From: a bacterium
GTDB taxonomy: Bacteria > RBG-13-61-14 > DATKZS01
DNA length: 64,000 nt
Direction: 5' to 3'
NCBI GenBank assembly: GCA_963674965.2
Contig: CAXXFL010000005.1
Location: 352,001-416,000 of the forward strand
Below are positions 9,790 to 21,794 of the stretch, piece by piece; within the stretch, counting starts at the first letter, position 1, and every line of letters begins with the position of its first letter. The notes under the pieces were generated by a model. It did no database searches. It saw nothing but the letters and a program-made list of their open reading frames with translations, and had not been told where the DNA came from. The position numbers and the translations under genes are program-made.

Positions 9790-10539
9790 TTATTCGGAGA
9801 GCCTTTGCATCTCCTCCTCCGAGATGTCGAAGTTGGCGAAGACGTTCTGCACGTCGTCGCCGTCCTCGAGGGCGTCCATCAGCTTGAGCATCTGCTCGGC
9901 CTTTTTGCCCTCGAGCTTGACCGTGGTTTGAGGGATCATGGAAACCTCGGCCATGGACAAGGCTATGCCCGCTTTCTCGAAGGCCTCCTGCACGTCCTCG
10001 AATTCCGACTGGGAGGTGATTATCTCCCAGAAACTCTTCGAGTCCTTCACGTCGTCCGCCCCCGCCTCGAGGGCCACTTCCATGACCGAGTCCTCGTCGG
10101 CCGACTCCTTCTCGATTACCAGGACGCCCTTCTTGTCGAACATCCAGGAGACGCACCCCGACTCGCCCAGCTTCCCGGCGTACTTGTCGAAAAGGTGCCT
10201 CACCTCGGCCACGGTGCGGTTGCGGTTGTCCGTCATGGTCTCGACCAGGACCGCCACGCCCGCGGGCCCGTAGCCCTCGAAGGTGATCTCCTCGAGGTCG
10301 GCCCCGTCTCCGCCGCCCGCGCCCTTTTTGATGGCCCGGTCGATATTGTCGTTGGGCATGTTGGCCGCCTTGGCCGTGATGACGGCCTGCCTGAGGCGGG
10401 GATTGGCCTCCGGATCGCCGCCCCCCAGGCGGGCCGCGATCGTAAGTTCCCGAATTAACCTGGTAAATATTTTACCCCGCTTGGCGTCTTCCTTCGCCTT
10501 TTTGTGTCTAATGCTGTGCCACTTGCTGTGACCCGACAT
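9790..10539 (-). CDS. yebC: YebC/PmpR family protein
   Basis: [37 protein letters not shown]. Confidence 0.97.
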   Translation of the reverse strand: MSGHSKWHSIRHKKAKEDAKRGKIFTRLIRELTIAARLGGGDPEANPRLRQAVITAKAANMPNDNIDRAIKKGAGGGDGADLEEITFEGYGPAGVAVLVETMTDNRNRTVAEVRHLFDKYAGKLGESGCVSWMFDKKGVLVIEKESADEDSVMEVALEAGADDVKDSKSFWEIITSQSEFEDVQEAFEKAGIALSMAEVSMIPQTTVKLEGKKAEQMLKLMDALEDGDDVQNVFANFDISEEEMQRLSE

Positions 10540-10751
10540 TCATCTAACCTCCAGTGAATGGCAATGGAAAAAATTTTATATCGCCGGCGGCTCCATCCAC
10601 CCCCGGCGAGGCGTTCAAATTGCTCCGGACGGGCCTACCCCGCCCCATGGGATAATACCATTGCCCCAATTTACTGGCAAGTGAAATAGCCGGAACCAAA
10701 GGATACGGCTCTTAGAGAAGCGATATTGTTAGGACTTTTGCAGAAATAGAG

Positions 10752-10937
10752 GAGCTTCTTGCAAAAGTACTTTTCTTTGCGGCATAGCCGCTTTGGAGTG
10801 CGGTCGCTTGAGACCGCTTTCGAGGGCCTTGGCTTGACAAGGCCTATTAATACACCGGCTTGCCTCGCGTCAAGCCGCTCGGAAGAAAAGCGGCGTCGAG
10901 CCGCCGCACTCCAAAGCGGGAATTTTGCAAGAGGCTC
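10752..10937. mobile_element. 186-bp MITE with internal REP-like palindromes (intact copy)
   Basis: Terminal inverted repeats GAGCTTCTTGCAAAA / TTTTGCAAGAGGCTC; AGAG direct repeat on both flanks (10748-10751, 10938-10941); near-identical inverted copy at 49161-50798. Confidence 0.88.
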
Positions 10938-11089
10938 AGAGATTATTATTTTTCTATGAAATAATCTTCATCTTGAAGGAAAAATATAACGCCATATTTG
11001 TAAAAAAATGAACGGCAAAAGACATAAATTTGATAAGACAGATATCCTCCCCCAATAAAGACTCCTGATAGTAAAGAATTATTTTGTCT

Positions 11090-13513
11090 TCACCAAGGGT
11101 TAAGCCTCACGCTCGTAACGGCCCTGTTCAACTTCACCACCGCCTTGCCCTTTTCCGTCTTTATTTCCTCGAGGTCCCTCTCCCGGCCGTCGCAGAGGTG
11201 GGCCTGTTCGATCCTGACTCCGGGCAGGGAGATTTCGACCTGGGTCCCCCCGGGCGCGAGGGAGAGGAGACGGGCGATGAGGCCCCCGCCGTAATGGGCC
11301 TCCTTGAGAGCCACTAGAAAAACGTCGTCCCTGGAGAGGCGGACGGCGCGGGCGGCAAGCGCCGAGAGGTCCGGCGCCGAGGGGTCTATAAAGGAGTCGT
11401 CAAGCGAGCGTTGCGCCATGGCGTGAAGGCGGGATGCGCCAAGCTCGGGACCGGGACCCACGAGGAAGGCGTAATCGAGCGTCTGCGGTCCGGGGACCGG
11501 CCCACTCGCGGGATGGGCCAGCATGGGCAGGAAGCCGAAGGCTATCTCGTTTGGCGCGTTTCGGGCCGCGACCCACTCGAGGACCCCGTTCGAGTTGGCG
11601 CCCACGGCGGCCGGTCCGGACATAAGCGAGGCCACGCCGAGGTCCCCGTCCCAGAAGGCGGCGTAACTTTTGGCGGGCCAGAAGGTGGGGTTGTAAATTT
11701 TGGCCAAGGGCCGCCGGACGCTTCCGCCGGGGGCGTCGGTCAGAAGGTCAAAGGGACGGATGGAGGTCGTGAAGCGGCAAGTGGCGGTCCTTCTTTTCCT
11801 CAGGGCCAGGGTGGTCCGGGCGCGGATGACTTCCGAGTCCCCTCTCAGCCAGACCTTGCGCTCAAGCGGCCGGCCCTCCAGTTTCGACTCGATGGTTACC
11901 TCGAGGAGGCCCTCCTTTTCCTCGGCCCCGATCGAGGCCGCGTCGTCGCTCGCGGCGGATATCCTTTTAAACTTGCCGCCCGGGTACTCGTGACCCATGC
12001 GCCACAATCCGCCCGTGTCCAGATAGAGGACCACGTCGTTGCCCAGTCCCAGCATGGCCTCGCGGCCGGATTTTTTGTCCAGCCATGATGTAATGCATCC
12101 TCCCTTTTTGCCGTCCATGACTATCGCGTAATCCTTCGACTCGGCCGTGAGGAGGCCGTCCTTCAACTCCCACTCGACGGGGCTTGGCCCTGGCCCGGCA
12201 GGAGGAGCGGAAAGGCCGTCAAGCGCGGCCTCGAGGGCCCGCTCGGCCTTTTGGGCCGCGTCCTCCAGCCAGGGAAGCTGCTCGGAAATAAAGACGCGGT
12301 TGGGCGACGTGCCGGTTATGAAGTCGTGGTGGTTGGCCACCGCGGCCACGCGCCAGGCGTCGGCCAGGTCCTTTTTTACCAGTTCGCTATTAGCTTTTGG
12401 GTTCATGGTCAGGAGCTTTTCGGCAAGGATCAGTCTATCGGCCAGGCGGTTGCACCTTTGTTTCATCTCGGGGCGGGAGGAATAATAACCCATCCAATAA
12501 GGCGTGGCCTCGAGCGCGAGTCGGGGCAGCTTGTCCGCGTGGGCGGCGACCAGGTCCATGTAGTCCTCGGCCGAGGCGTTCACTGCGTAGACGCCCGTTT
12601 CCGCGTAGGCCGAGCGGTTGTAGGCGTCTAAAAGACCCACCAGGCCGGGTATAGGCTCGACAAAGTCGCACCCGATGGGGCAAAACAAATAGGGCACGCG
12701 GGACAGGCGGGACAGGGACTTCACGTACCCGGCGATTTTTTTGGCAACTTTTTCCGGGCTTCTGGCGGGAAAGCCGAAGGTGAGACCCATCCAGCGCGCC
12801 GCCCCCGCGCTCGCGATCATGTCGCCCTGAAAATAAGTGAAGGCGTTCCAGTGGCAAAGGGTCTTGGCCCCGTCGGGACCCAGCCAGATGAAGTCGGCCG
12901 TTTTCAGGTCTTTGGCCAGAAGCTCGGCGCTCGAGCCCGGCAAAGGATAGGCGGCGGGTCCGCGGTATTCGGTACCGGGAAAGTACATGCCGTCGATCCT
13001 GGTGATGACCGAGTAATCGAACCCGAGGGCCGCCAATACGCTGGGGGTAGTGGGTGAATATCCGAAGTCGTCGGGCAGATAGGCCACTCGCGGCTCGGCG
13101 TTCATGCCGTTGTCTCGCAGCCAATTCTGGCCGTTAAGGTAATCGCGAAAGATGGACTCGAGGTGAGGCAGGACCGTGTCGGGGGTGGTGACTCCGCTCC
13201 CGGTCAGCCGGATTCTTCCCTCGTTTACCAGGCGCCGAATGAGGTCTCGTTTTTCCGGGTTACGGTCCCAGTACATCTCGAGGAAGAAAACGCACTCGAC
13301 CGAGTAAACCCGGCGCGGCTCCCTTTCCAACTCCGCCAGGGCCGCGTCCAAAAGTTTCCCGATCCGCAGCCGATAATACTTCTCGCTGGTTAAAAGCCAG
13401 TTAGGGTCCCAATGGCTCGACTCCCCGAAGACTATCGCCCGCTCGGCCTCGGCCGGGATTCCCAGCCTTTCCCGGAGTCCTTTCTCGATTTCCTCGTTCA
13501 TTCCCGCCTCCAT
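11090..13513 (-). CDS. Glycoside hydrolase family 38 (alpha-mannosidase-like)
   Basis: SHWDPNW (HxDxxW zinc site), YLPDDFGYS (nucleophile region), NHHDFITGTS. Confidence 0.88.
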   Translation of the reverse strand: MEAGMNEEIEKGLRERLGIPAEAERAIVFGESSHWDPNWLLTSEKYYRLRIGKLLDAALAELEREPRRVYSVECVFFLEMYWDRNPEKRDLIRRLVNEGRIRLTGSGVTTPDTVLPHLESIFRDYLNGQNWLRDNGMNAEPRVAYLPDDFGYSPTTPSVLAALGFDYSVITRIDGMYFPGTEYRGPAAYPLPGSSAELLAKDLKTADFIWLGPDGAKTLCHWNAFTYFQGDMIASAGAARWMGLTFGFPARSPEKVAKKIAGYVKSLSRLSRVPYLFCPIGCDFVEPIPGLVGLLDAYNRSAYAETGVYAVNASAEDYMDLVAAHADKLPRLALEATPYWMGYYSSRPEMKQRCNRLADRLILAEKLLTMNPKANSELVKKDLADAWRVAAVANHHDFITGTSPNRVFISEQLPWLEDAAQKAERALEAALDGLSAPPAGPGPSPVEWELKDGLLTAESKDYAIVMDGKKGGCITSWLDKKSGREAMLGLGNDVVLYLDTGGLWRMGHEYPGGKFKRISAASDDAASIGAEEKEGLLEVTIESKLEGRPLERKVWLRGDSEVIRARTTLALRKRRTATCRFTTSIRPFDLLTDAPGGSVRRPLAKIYNPTFWPAKSYAAFWDGDLGVASLMSGPAAVGANSNGVLEWVAARNAPNEIAFGFLPMLAHPASGPVPGPQTLDYAFLVGPGPELGASRLHAMAQRSLDDSFIDPSAPDLSALAARAVRLSRDDVFLVALKEAHYGGGLIARLLSLAPGGTQVEISLPGVRIEQAHLCDGRERDLEEIKTEKGKAVVKLNRAVTSVRLNPW

Positions 13514-13803
13514 CGAGGTAATGCGCCCATGGTATGTTAGCGGCGGGGCGCAGTCAACGGAAAAAATCGGGAAAGGCGAGCGCTCGAATCGACTCGCCGA
13601 TGCCGGCGCCCATGGGGGATGGATTTTTGGGGCCGCGTGGCAAGCGATGGCGGCCCTGGCCGGCGGACGGAATAAGACCCCGATATTTTGACAAAATCAT
13701 CCACAGTGGCTATGCTTTGCTCGTCTGTATTATCCGGGTGCAATTCTTATTTCGGGAATGGATGGACGATTATTCCTTTCTTCCCGAGTCCGGAAGGCGC
13801 GGC

Positions 13804-16197
13804 ATGGAAATATCTTCACCTCAGCGGGGCCAAATATTCTCGATTTTTATAAAAGCCCTGGCGATAATATTTCCCTTTGCCCTGATATTCCATCCTTTTA
13901 TAAGCGCCGTGCCGGCCTGGCGTGACACCTTCATGTATTTCGCGCCAGCCAAGTCGTTGCTTTTCGAGGAATTGAGGAAAGGCTCGCCGCCGCTTTGGAA
14001 CCCGTGGCATTTTTTCGGCTCGCCAGCTTTTTCGGACTTTCAGGTCGGATGGTTTTATCCGCCCAACCTTTTGGCGCTGTTTTTTTCCTTTCCCGCGGCC
14101 TTTAAAATACTCGTGCTGATCCATTATCCCATCGCCTTTTTTTCAACGTATCTTTTTCTTCGAGGCCGGGGACTGGACCGTCCGTCGTGCTATTGGGGCG
14201 GCATGATATTCTGTCTTTGCGGGCACATGACCCACGTTTCAGGCTATCTGACCATGCTCGTGGGTCTTGGCCTTGCCCCTCTCGCGCTTTTCTTCGCCGA
14301 TCGGGCCTTGAAGCCCCTTCCCATGGGACCGGCAATTCGCGCCCGAAACGCCTTTTGCTCCGGCGCCGTGATCGCGCTTCAAGTGCTGGGAGGCGATCCT
14401 CAAAACGCCCTGGTCACGTCTCTTATGGTCTTTTGCATGGGCCTTTTCCGCTTTTCATTCAAACCACGTTTTCGCCCTGCTCCTTTCATGGTGGCCATAA
14501 TCGGGATCGCGGCGGCGCTCATGAGCCTGGTCCAGACCCTTCCGACCCTGGAGTTCTTCAATATTAGCGAGCGAGGCCGCGGGCTGACCGCGGCCGAGAG
14601 CGGCGTGTTTTCCTTCCATCCGGCGCGACTTATCGAGCTCGTCTGGCCCAATCCCTTCATGACGGACGATTATTTTTACTGGGCCAAAAACCTGCTTGAC
14701 TGGCGGGACGGGCAGAGTCTTTTGCCATACGCGCTCTCGAATTATCTTGGGCTTTCGGCCATTGGTCTGGCCCTGTTCGGGCTGGCGCGCGGCCGCCGCC
14801 GCTCGAGAGCCTTGATCGGGATGGCCGCGGCCTTTTGCCTGGCCGTCTCCTGGGGAAGGCACTTCCCGCTTTACGGACTTTTGCGCGCCCTCGTCCCTTT
14901 TTCCGATCTGTTCAGGTTCCCGGAAAAAGCCATGGGGTGGTTTTCCTTTTTCATCGCGGTCCTGGCCGCCTTCGGTTTCCATGAACTGCGTAAAGCCCTA
15001 TACGCGCCGTCCCGGAGCGCCTCCGCCATTGCCGCCGGTTTGCTCGGATTCTCTCTCGTCGCGGCGGTGGCGGGAACGGCCTTGCTTCGCTTTTTCCTTC
15101 TCGGTCTGTCCCAAAAGGGATTGGTTTCGCCCAACGAGATCGAGCCATACATTTACCTTGGAGGTTTGAAGCTTTTTCTTGTCGCCTGCGCTTTCCTCGT
15201 TCCCATAATCCTTTGCGCCCGGCGCCGGCTCAAGCCGTCCCGGGCAACGGCAATCATAATCGCCGTCATCATTCTCGATTTATGGAGCGCCAACGCGAGG
15301 CTTATGGTTCGCGTGCCCGACGACGTCTTCGAGTCGAGGTCTCCCGTCGCCGAGGCGATCATCAAGGACGGAGGTCCATCCATGGGCAATTACAGGGTGG
15401 CTCGCGTCGCCTCGGATTTTCCGTCCCGCCAGGCCGATGAATCGCCAAGCTATCTCATCAGGCGGACCATATGGCATCGGTCGGTCCTGGGAGACAACTT
15501 TTCCTCCTTCGACCGCCTCGAGTCCTGCCTGGGCTACAACCCTCTTAGGCCTCAGGATGAAACCGATCATGGCGAGCTATTGTCCGATCCTCATTACCTC
15601 AGGCTCTATAACGCCAGATATCTTATTCACCCTTACCTGGACTCCCCCGCCAATAATATCGGCGAGACCATTTACAACGATAAGCCGCTAAACGTGGGCG
15701 TAACCAGAATCAGGGACGCCTTTGCCCGTTCCTATTTTGTCCCGAGGGCCATATTCGCGTCCGGCGACCGTGAAGCCTTGTCGATGATGGCAAAGGCCGA
15801 TTTTACCAGGGAGGTGGTACTCACGGCCGAGCGGCCCATAAGCATGCCGGCGATGGAGTCGAATAAACCTCCCGTCCTTAAGACCCTTGCATACGGCGCG
15901 GACGACATAGTCCTGGAAACATCGAGCGACTCATACTCATGGCTCGTGCTTTCCAACCGATTCCACCCCGGTTGGAGGTGCACGGTGGACGGCGAGAAGG
16001 TCAGTATCTACCCGGCCAACCTTATGGTAATGGCCGTGCAGGCGCCGCCGGGAAAACACCGGATTGAGTTTCGCTTCGTTTCCAGGACGTTTTCCATCTG
16101 CGCCGCGGTCTCGATCATGGCCTGGCTCGCGTTTATTGTCTGGCTGGGGGCCGGACTTATGCGAAATGGAAGGGGATTAAGTAAAAAGAGAACATAA
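13804..16197 (+). CDS. YfhO-like membrane protein (GT-C-type glycosyltransferase)
   Basis: PLWNPWHFFGSPAFSD...FYPP, RFPEK, C-terminal HPGWRCTVDG...APPGKHRIEFRF; many TMs. Start taken at MEISS; the ORF is open from 13534. Confidence 0.82.
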   Translation: MEISSPQRGQIFSIFIKALAIIFPFALIFHPFISAVPAWRDTFMYFAPAKSLLFEELRKGSPPLWNPWHFFGSPAFSDFQVGWFYPPNLLALFFSFPAAFKILVLIHYPIAFFSTYLFLRGRGLDRPSCYWGGMIFCLCGHMTHVSGYLTMLVGLGLAPLALFFADRALKPLPMGPAIRARNAFCSGAVIALQVLGGDPQNALVTSLMVFCMGLFRFSFKPRFRPAPFMVAIIGIAAALMSLVQTLPTLEFFNISERGRGLTAAESGVFSFHPARLIELVWPNPFMTDDYFYWAKNLLDWRDGQSLLPYALSNYLGLSAIGLALFGLARGRRRSRALIGMAAAFCLAVSWGRHFPLYGLLRALVPFSDLFRFPEKAMGWFSFFIAVLAAFGFHELRKALYAPSRSASAIAAGLLGFSLVAAVAGTALLRFFLLGLSQKGLVSPNEIEPYIYLGGLKLFLVACAFLVPIILCARRRLKPSRATAIIIAVIILDLWSANARLMVRVPDDVFESRSPVAEAIIKDGGPSMGNYRVARVASDFPSRQADESPSYLIRRTIWHRSVLGDNFSSFDRLESCLGYNPLRPQDETDHGELLSDPHYLRLYNARYLIHPYLDSPANNIGETIYNDKPLNVGVTRIRDAFARSYFVPRAIFASGDREALSMMAKADFTREVVLTAERPISMPAMESNKPPVLKTLAYGADDIVLETSSDSYSWLVLSNRFHPGWRCTVDGEKVSIYPANLMVMAVQAPPGKHRIEFRFVSRTFSICAAVSIMAWLAFIVWLGAGLMRNGRGLSKKRT

Positions 16198-16313
16198 CCA
16201 TGGTCATGGCATCGCCGGCGCGGCCCTGATATGCCATGGCGCGAAAAAGGCGGTCAAAAGGGGCGAGGCACTCTCGGCCCATTCCCGGCCACGATTAAAC
16301 AAGGAGACGTAAT

Positions 16314-17333
16314 ATGCCTTTTCATGAGAAATTGAAGGGTTACGCCGAGCGGCTCGGCTACGGCGAGTCCGAAACCATGGCCCGCATTTTCGAGATACTC
16401 TACGACGATAAGGACGTGATCGACCTGGTCGCGGCCCTCCCCGGCACGGCCCAGGAGATTTCCGAGAAGACGGGCATGCCCGCCGCCAGGGTGGTCGAGT
16501 TGGGGACCAGACTGCTGACTCGGGGAAGGATCATTGTCGACTTCAAAAAGAACAACGTGTTCAGGCGCTTTCCCGCCATGATCGAGCTTCGCGACTCGTC
16601 GGTGCTCGACCCGGAAACCACGCAGGAGCTTTACGAGCTTTGGGAGAGGATCGTGCTCGAGGAGTCGGCGGACATGGTGAATGCCCTGAAAAAACGAGAC
16701 GTGGCGCCCATGGTGCGGGTGCTTCCCATCGAGCGGTCGGTCCAGGCGCAAAACTCGGTCCTTGACGTGGACAGCGCGAGAAAGATTTTCCAGGAGGCGG
16801 GCCTTATTACGGTCCTTCCCTGCGTGTGCCGGACCATCGCCAGGAAAAACGGGAGGGGCCGGGACTGCCCGGCGCCCGAGACCTCGGTGTGCATGCAGAC
16901 CAATTTTTTCGCCGCGGGTGTCCTTGCCCGCAAGGTTGGCGAGAAGATCGGCAGGGAGGAGGCCCTAAAAAGAGTGGGGGACGCCGAGGACGCCGGGCTG
17001 GTTCACATGGTGCGCAATAACGTGCAAAAGGACATGTTCATGTGCAACTGCTGCTCGTGCTGCTGCACCGGGCTTCATATGTACCACCAATACGATTATC
17101 CGGGGGTCTTGGCGCCTTCCCGTTTCCGGGTCAAGATCGACCCGGACCTTTGCACGGCCTGCGGTATTTGTGAAGACCGGTGCCAGTTCCACGCCGTCAA
17201 GGTGGAAGCCTCCGGCGCGGTTATCGACCTGACGCATTGTATGGGCTGCGGTAACTGCGTGATAACCTGTCCTGAAAAGGCCCTTACCCTGGAGGAGTTA
17301 AGGCCGGTCGATCACATCCGGGTAAAGAAATAA
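16314..17333 (+). CDS. 4Fe-4S ferredoxin-domain protein
   Basis: AGGAG RBS; CVCR, CNCCSCCC, two CxxCxxCxxxC motifs at the C-terminus. Confidence 0.88.
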   Translation: MPFHEKLKGYAERLGYGESETMARIFEILYDDKDVIDLVAALPGTAQEISEKTGMPAARVVELGTRLLTRGRIIVDFKKNNVFRRFPAMIELRDSSVLDPETTQELYELWERIVLEESADMVNALKKRDVAPMVRVLPIERSVQAQNSVLDVDSARKIFQEAGLITVLPCVCRTIARKNGRGRDCPAPETSVCMQTNFFAAGVLARKVGEKIGREEALKRVGDAEDAGLVHMVRNNVQKDMFMCNCCSCCCTGLHMYHQYDYPGVLAPSRFRVKIDPDLCTACGICEDRCQFHAVKVEASGAVIDLTHCMGCGNCVITCPEKALTLEELRPVDHIRVKK

Positions 17334-17449
17334 TGGCCCGAGCCCTTTGCCGCTCGCCGGCCGTGAAAATCCGGGCGAAAAGGCCCCATGATTTTTTAAA
17401 CCCACGAAGAATCAAGGGGAATTTTTTTTCCTCTCCATGGGAAAACGGC

Positions 17450-17477
17450 TTGACAACGTGGCATGGATGCTTAAATT
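17450..17477 (+). promoter_or_regulatory. Candidate sigma70-type promoter for dnaK
   Basis: TTGACA-16nt-TAAATT upstream of dnaK; no CIRCE element seen. Confidence 0.45.
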
Positions 17478-17542
17478 TTTAACAGCGCGTTGGGGAAAAA
17501 GACGTAATATCGCGCGGTAAGTTTTGATTAGGAGGGTCTAAC

Positions 17543-19456
<1,914 letters not shown>

Positions 19457-19476
19457 CGCGGCAAGCGGAGGAAGCC

Positions 19477-19911
19477 ATGCCTTACGGGAAATGGGACCCC
19501 TTTCAAGACCTTCTACTGCTCCACCGGGAAATCTTCGGTGAAGGGTCCGAGTTCGATCTCGCCGGCGAAAGCGAGTCGGCTTGGACCCCGCCGGTGGACG
19601 TGTTCGAGACCAGGGACAACTACGTCCTCAAGGCCGAGCTTCCGGGAATAAATCCCGACGATATCAAACTCGAATACTTGAACAAGAAACTGGTGCTCTC
19701 CGGCAAAAGAGAACCCCTTTCAGCGGGCGCCAAAAAGAAATATCACCAGGTCGAAAGAATCTACGGGCCTTTCAAGCGGACCTTGTGGCTGCCAGAGGGA
19801 CTTTGCTGCGAGGAAATCCAGGCGCTTTACGAGGAAGGCGTGCTCGAGATAACCATTCCCAAAAAGGCCTCGACCCCCCCTAAAAACATCGTGGTTAGAA
19901 GCGAAGACTGA
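19477..19911 (+). CDS. Small heat shock protein (Hsp20/alpha-crystallin)
   Basis: WDPF, WTPPVDVFET, AELPG, ERIYGPFKR, YEEGVLEITIPK. Confidence 0.93.
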   Translation: MPYGKWDPFQDLLLLHREIFGEGSEFDLAGESESAWTPPVDVFETRDNYVLKAELPGINPDDIKLEYLNKKLVLSGKREPLSAGAKKKYHQVERIYGPFKRTLWLPEGLCCEEIQALYEEGVLEITIPKKASTPPKNIVVRSED

Positions 19912-19926
19912 TAACATTCAAAATGG

Positions 19927-19952
19927 AAGGGGCGACCCGCGGCCGCCCCTTA
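19927..19952. terminator. Hairpin between convergent genes (probable terminator)
   Basis: AAGGGGCG-acccgcggc-CGCCCCTT with A/T-rich flanks. Confidence 0.6.
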
Positions 19953-19957
19953 TTTAA

Positions 19958-21559
19958 TTACTTGTCCATTTTCAATATCTTTTCCGCGGCCGTCCGGCCC
20001 GACTCCATCACCGCCGCCTGTCCGTGGCCCGGCTGAGTCCAGGCGCTCGCCAAAAATAAATTGGGGATAGGCGTCTCCTGCTCGAGCCGGTTCTTATCGA
20101 AATGATCGAGGTCTATGGCCCACCCGTACACCGCGCCTTTCGGGTTCCCGGTGAAGTGCTCCATCGTCCGCGGCGACCCGACCTCCATGACCTCGACGTG
20201 GCTCGAGAGGCCGGGCAGGTGCTTCTCGGCCCGCCTGGTAAAGGTCTTCCCCACCTCGTCCTTAAGGGCCGCGTAGGCGGCGTAGCTTTCTTCCTCGCGC
20301 CATCCGTTATTCCAGTCGTAGGGCATATAGGTGGTGATGACGATCACGTTCTTGCCCTCGGGCGCGGCGGCTTTGTCTATCTCCGAATAGTTGACGATGA
20401 AGTAGCCCATCTTCTCCGGATCGGTCCCGCTCAGCAGGGTATCGACGTCGTAACTCTCGTAGACCGAGATGGTATGGTTGCCGCTGAAAGCGTCGCGGTA
20501 GTCGTGATCGACTCCCAGGAATACCTGGAGGATCGTCGGGCCTATCTTCATCTTTTCCACCCTGGCGACGTAATCGGCCGGAAGGTTATCACGGCCGACC
20601 ATCTTAAACAGCGTGTCCGGAGCGTTGGCGTTGCTCACCACGCAGCCGCAGGAAAACCTCTGCCCGTCCTCCGTCTCGACGGCGACGGCCCGTCCATCCT
20701 CGATAACTATCTTGGACGCCGCGGTCGAAACCATTATCTCCCCGCCGTTTTCCTCGATTACTTCCGCCAGGGCGTCGGACACGGCCTGGGAACCGCCCTC
20801 GAAATAATAGAACCCGCTGTAGTGGTAACTGGCCCACATGCCGATGAAAAGGTTGGCCGGCATCGCGTCCGGAGGCGCGCCCGCGTACCCGCACATCCAA
20901 CTGAGCACGGCTCGGAGCTTCTTGTCTTGAGTATAGTCGTCCAGGAACTGGGACAGGGTCCGGCCGGCGTTTTTCTTGAACAGAAGCTGAAATCTTGGGT
21001 CCGTTAAAAGAAGGCCAAGGGCTTTCATTCTTTTTCCCTCGTTCAAATTCTTAAGCGCGACCAGAGCGTTTTGCATTTCATGCATGGTCTTGAAGAAGTC
21101 GTTGACGCCTTTTTCTTCCCCGGGGAATTTCTCGAGGAGGCGGTTTTTATATTCCTCCGGGTCGGCGGGCACGTCCATTTCGAAGTCGGGGAAGGCCACG
21201 CGGTAGGCGGGGTCGAGCCTTATGGGCTTCACCTTGTCCATGATCCCCAGTTGCTCGAACAGGACCCTGGTGGTCCCGTCGTCTTCATCCAGCCCATTGA
21301 TGGAGTGGAGGGACACCTCGAAGGTGTAATCCTCGCGCTCGAAGTTGGTCATGTATCCGCCGACCTTGTAGTGCCGCTCGATAAGGAGGACCTTTTTCCC
21401 GTTCTTAGCGAGGGTCGCCGCCGCCGCCAGTCCTCCGCCGCCGGCCCCTATCACGACCGCGTCGTAGGATGAGCTCCCGGCGTCCGACCTCAGCGAGAGG
21501 CTGACGATTAAAAAAGTCGCCGCCGTAATTGCCGCCATAAGCCTTGCATGGGTTTTCAT
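19958..21559 (-). CDS. FAD-dependent oxidoreductase, phytoene desaturase/retinol reductase family, with signal-like N-terminus
   Basis: YDAVVIGAGGGG, ERHYKVGG, GGSQAVSDAL, VVSNA, GSPRTMEHFTGNPKGAVYG. Confidence 0.85.
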   Translation of the reverse strand: MKTHARLMAAITAATFLIVSLSLRSDAGSSSYDAVVIGAGGGGLAAAATLAKNGKKVLLIERHYKVGGYMTNFEREDYTFEVSLHSINGLDEDDGTTRVLFEQLGIMDKVKPIRLDPAYRVAFPDFEMDVPADPEEYKNRLLEKFPGEEKGVNDFFKTMHEMQNALVALKNLNEGKRMKALGLLLTDPRFQLLFKKNAGRTLSQFLDDYTQDKKLRAVLSWMCGYAGAPPDAMPANLFIGMWASYHYSGFYYFEGGSQAVSDALAEVIEENGGEIMVSTAASKIVIEDGRAVAVETEDGQRFSCGCVVSNANAPDTLFKMVGRDNLPADYVARVEKMKIGPTILQVFLGVDHDYRDAFSGNHTISVYESYDVDTLLSGTDPEKMGYFIVNYSEIDKAAAPEGKNVIVITTYMPYDWNNGWREEESYAAYAALKDEVGKTFTRRAEKHLPGLSSHVEVMEVGSPRTMEHFTGNPKGAVYGWAIDLDHFDKNRLEQETPIPNLFLASAWTQPGHGQAAVMESGRTAAEKILKMDK

Positions 21560-21794
21560 GTAATGCCTCCGTGGATTTTGGTCCCGGCCGGGTGAGCGTT
21601 ATGAAGGGGGAAATCCGCCGGGAGCGCCGGCGGCCGGGTTCGATTTGATAGATTATATACGTGCTTGATCGCCCCGGCAATGGCCGCGCCAAATCCAGCG
21701 CCTCCTGGCCGTTGTATCTTTTCCACTTCGTGATAATCTGGAAGCATCCGGCAAAGGAAAAACGGCGCTCGGCGCCATGAAAGGAAGGTGCAAA

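Noticed and set aside
10759-10959. 66-aa ORF and its 62-aa twin at 50603-50791
   Set aside because: Both are translations of the MITE; TTG start within the TIR and no protein features
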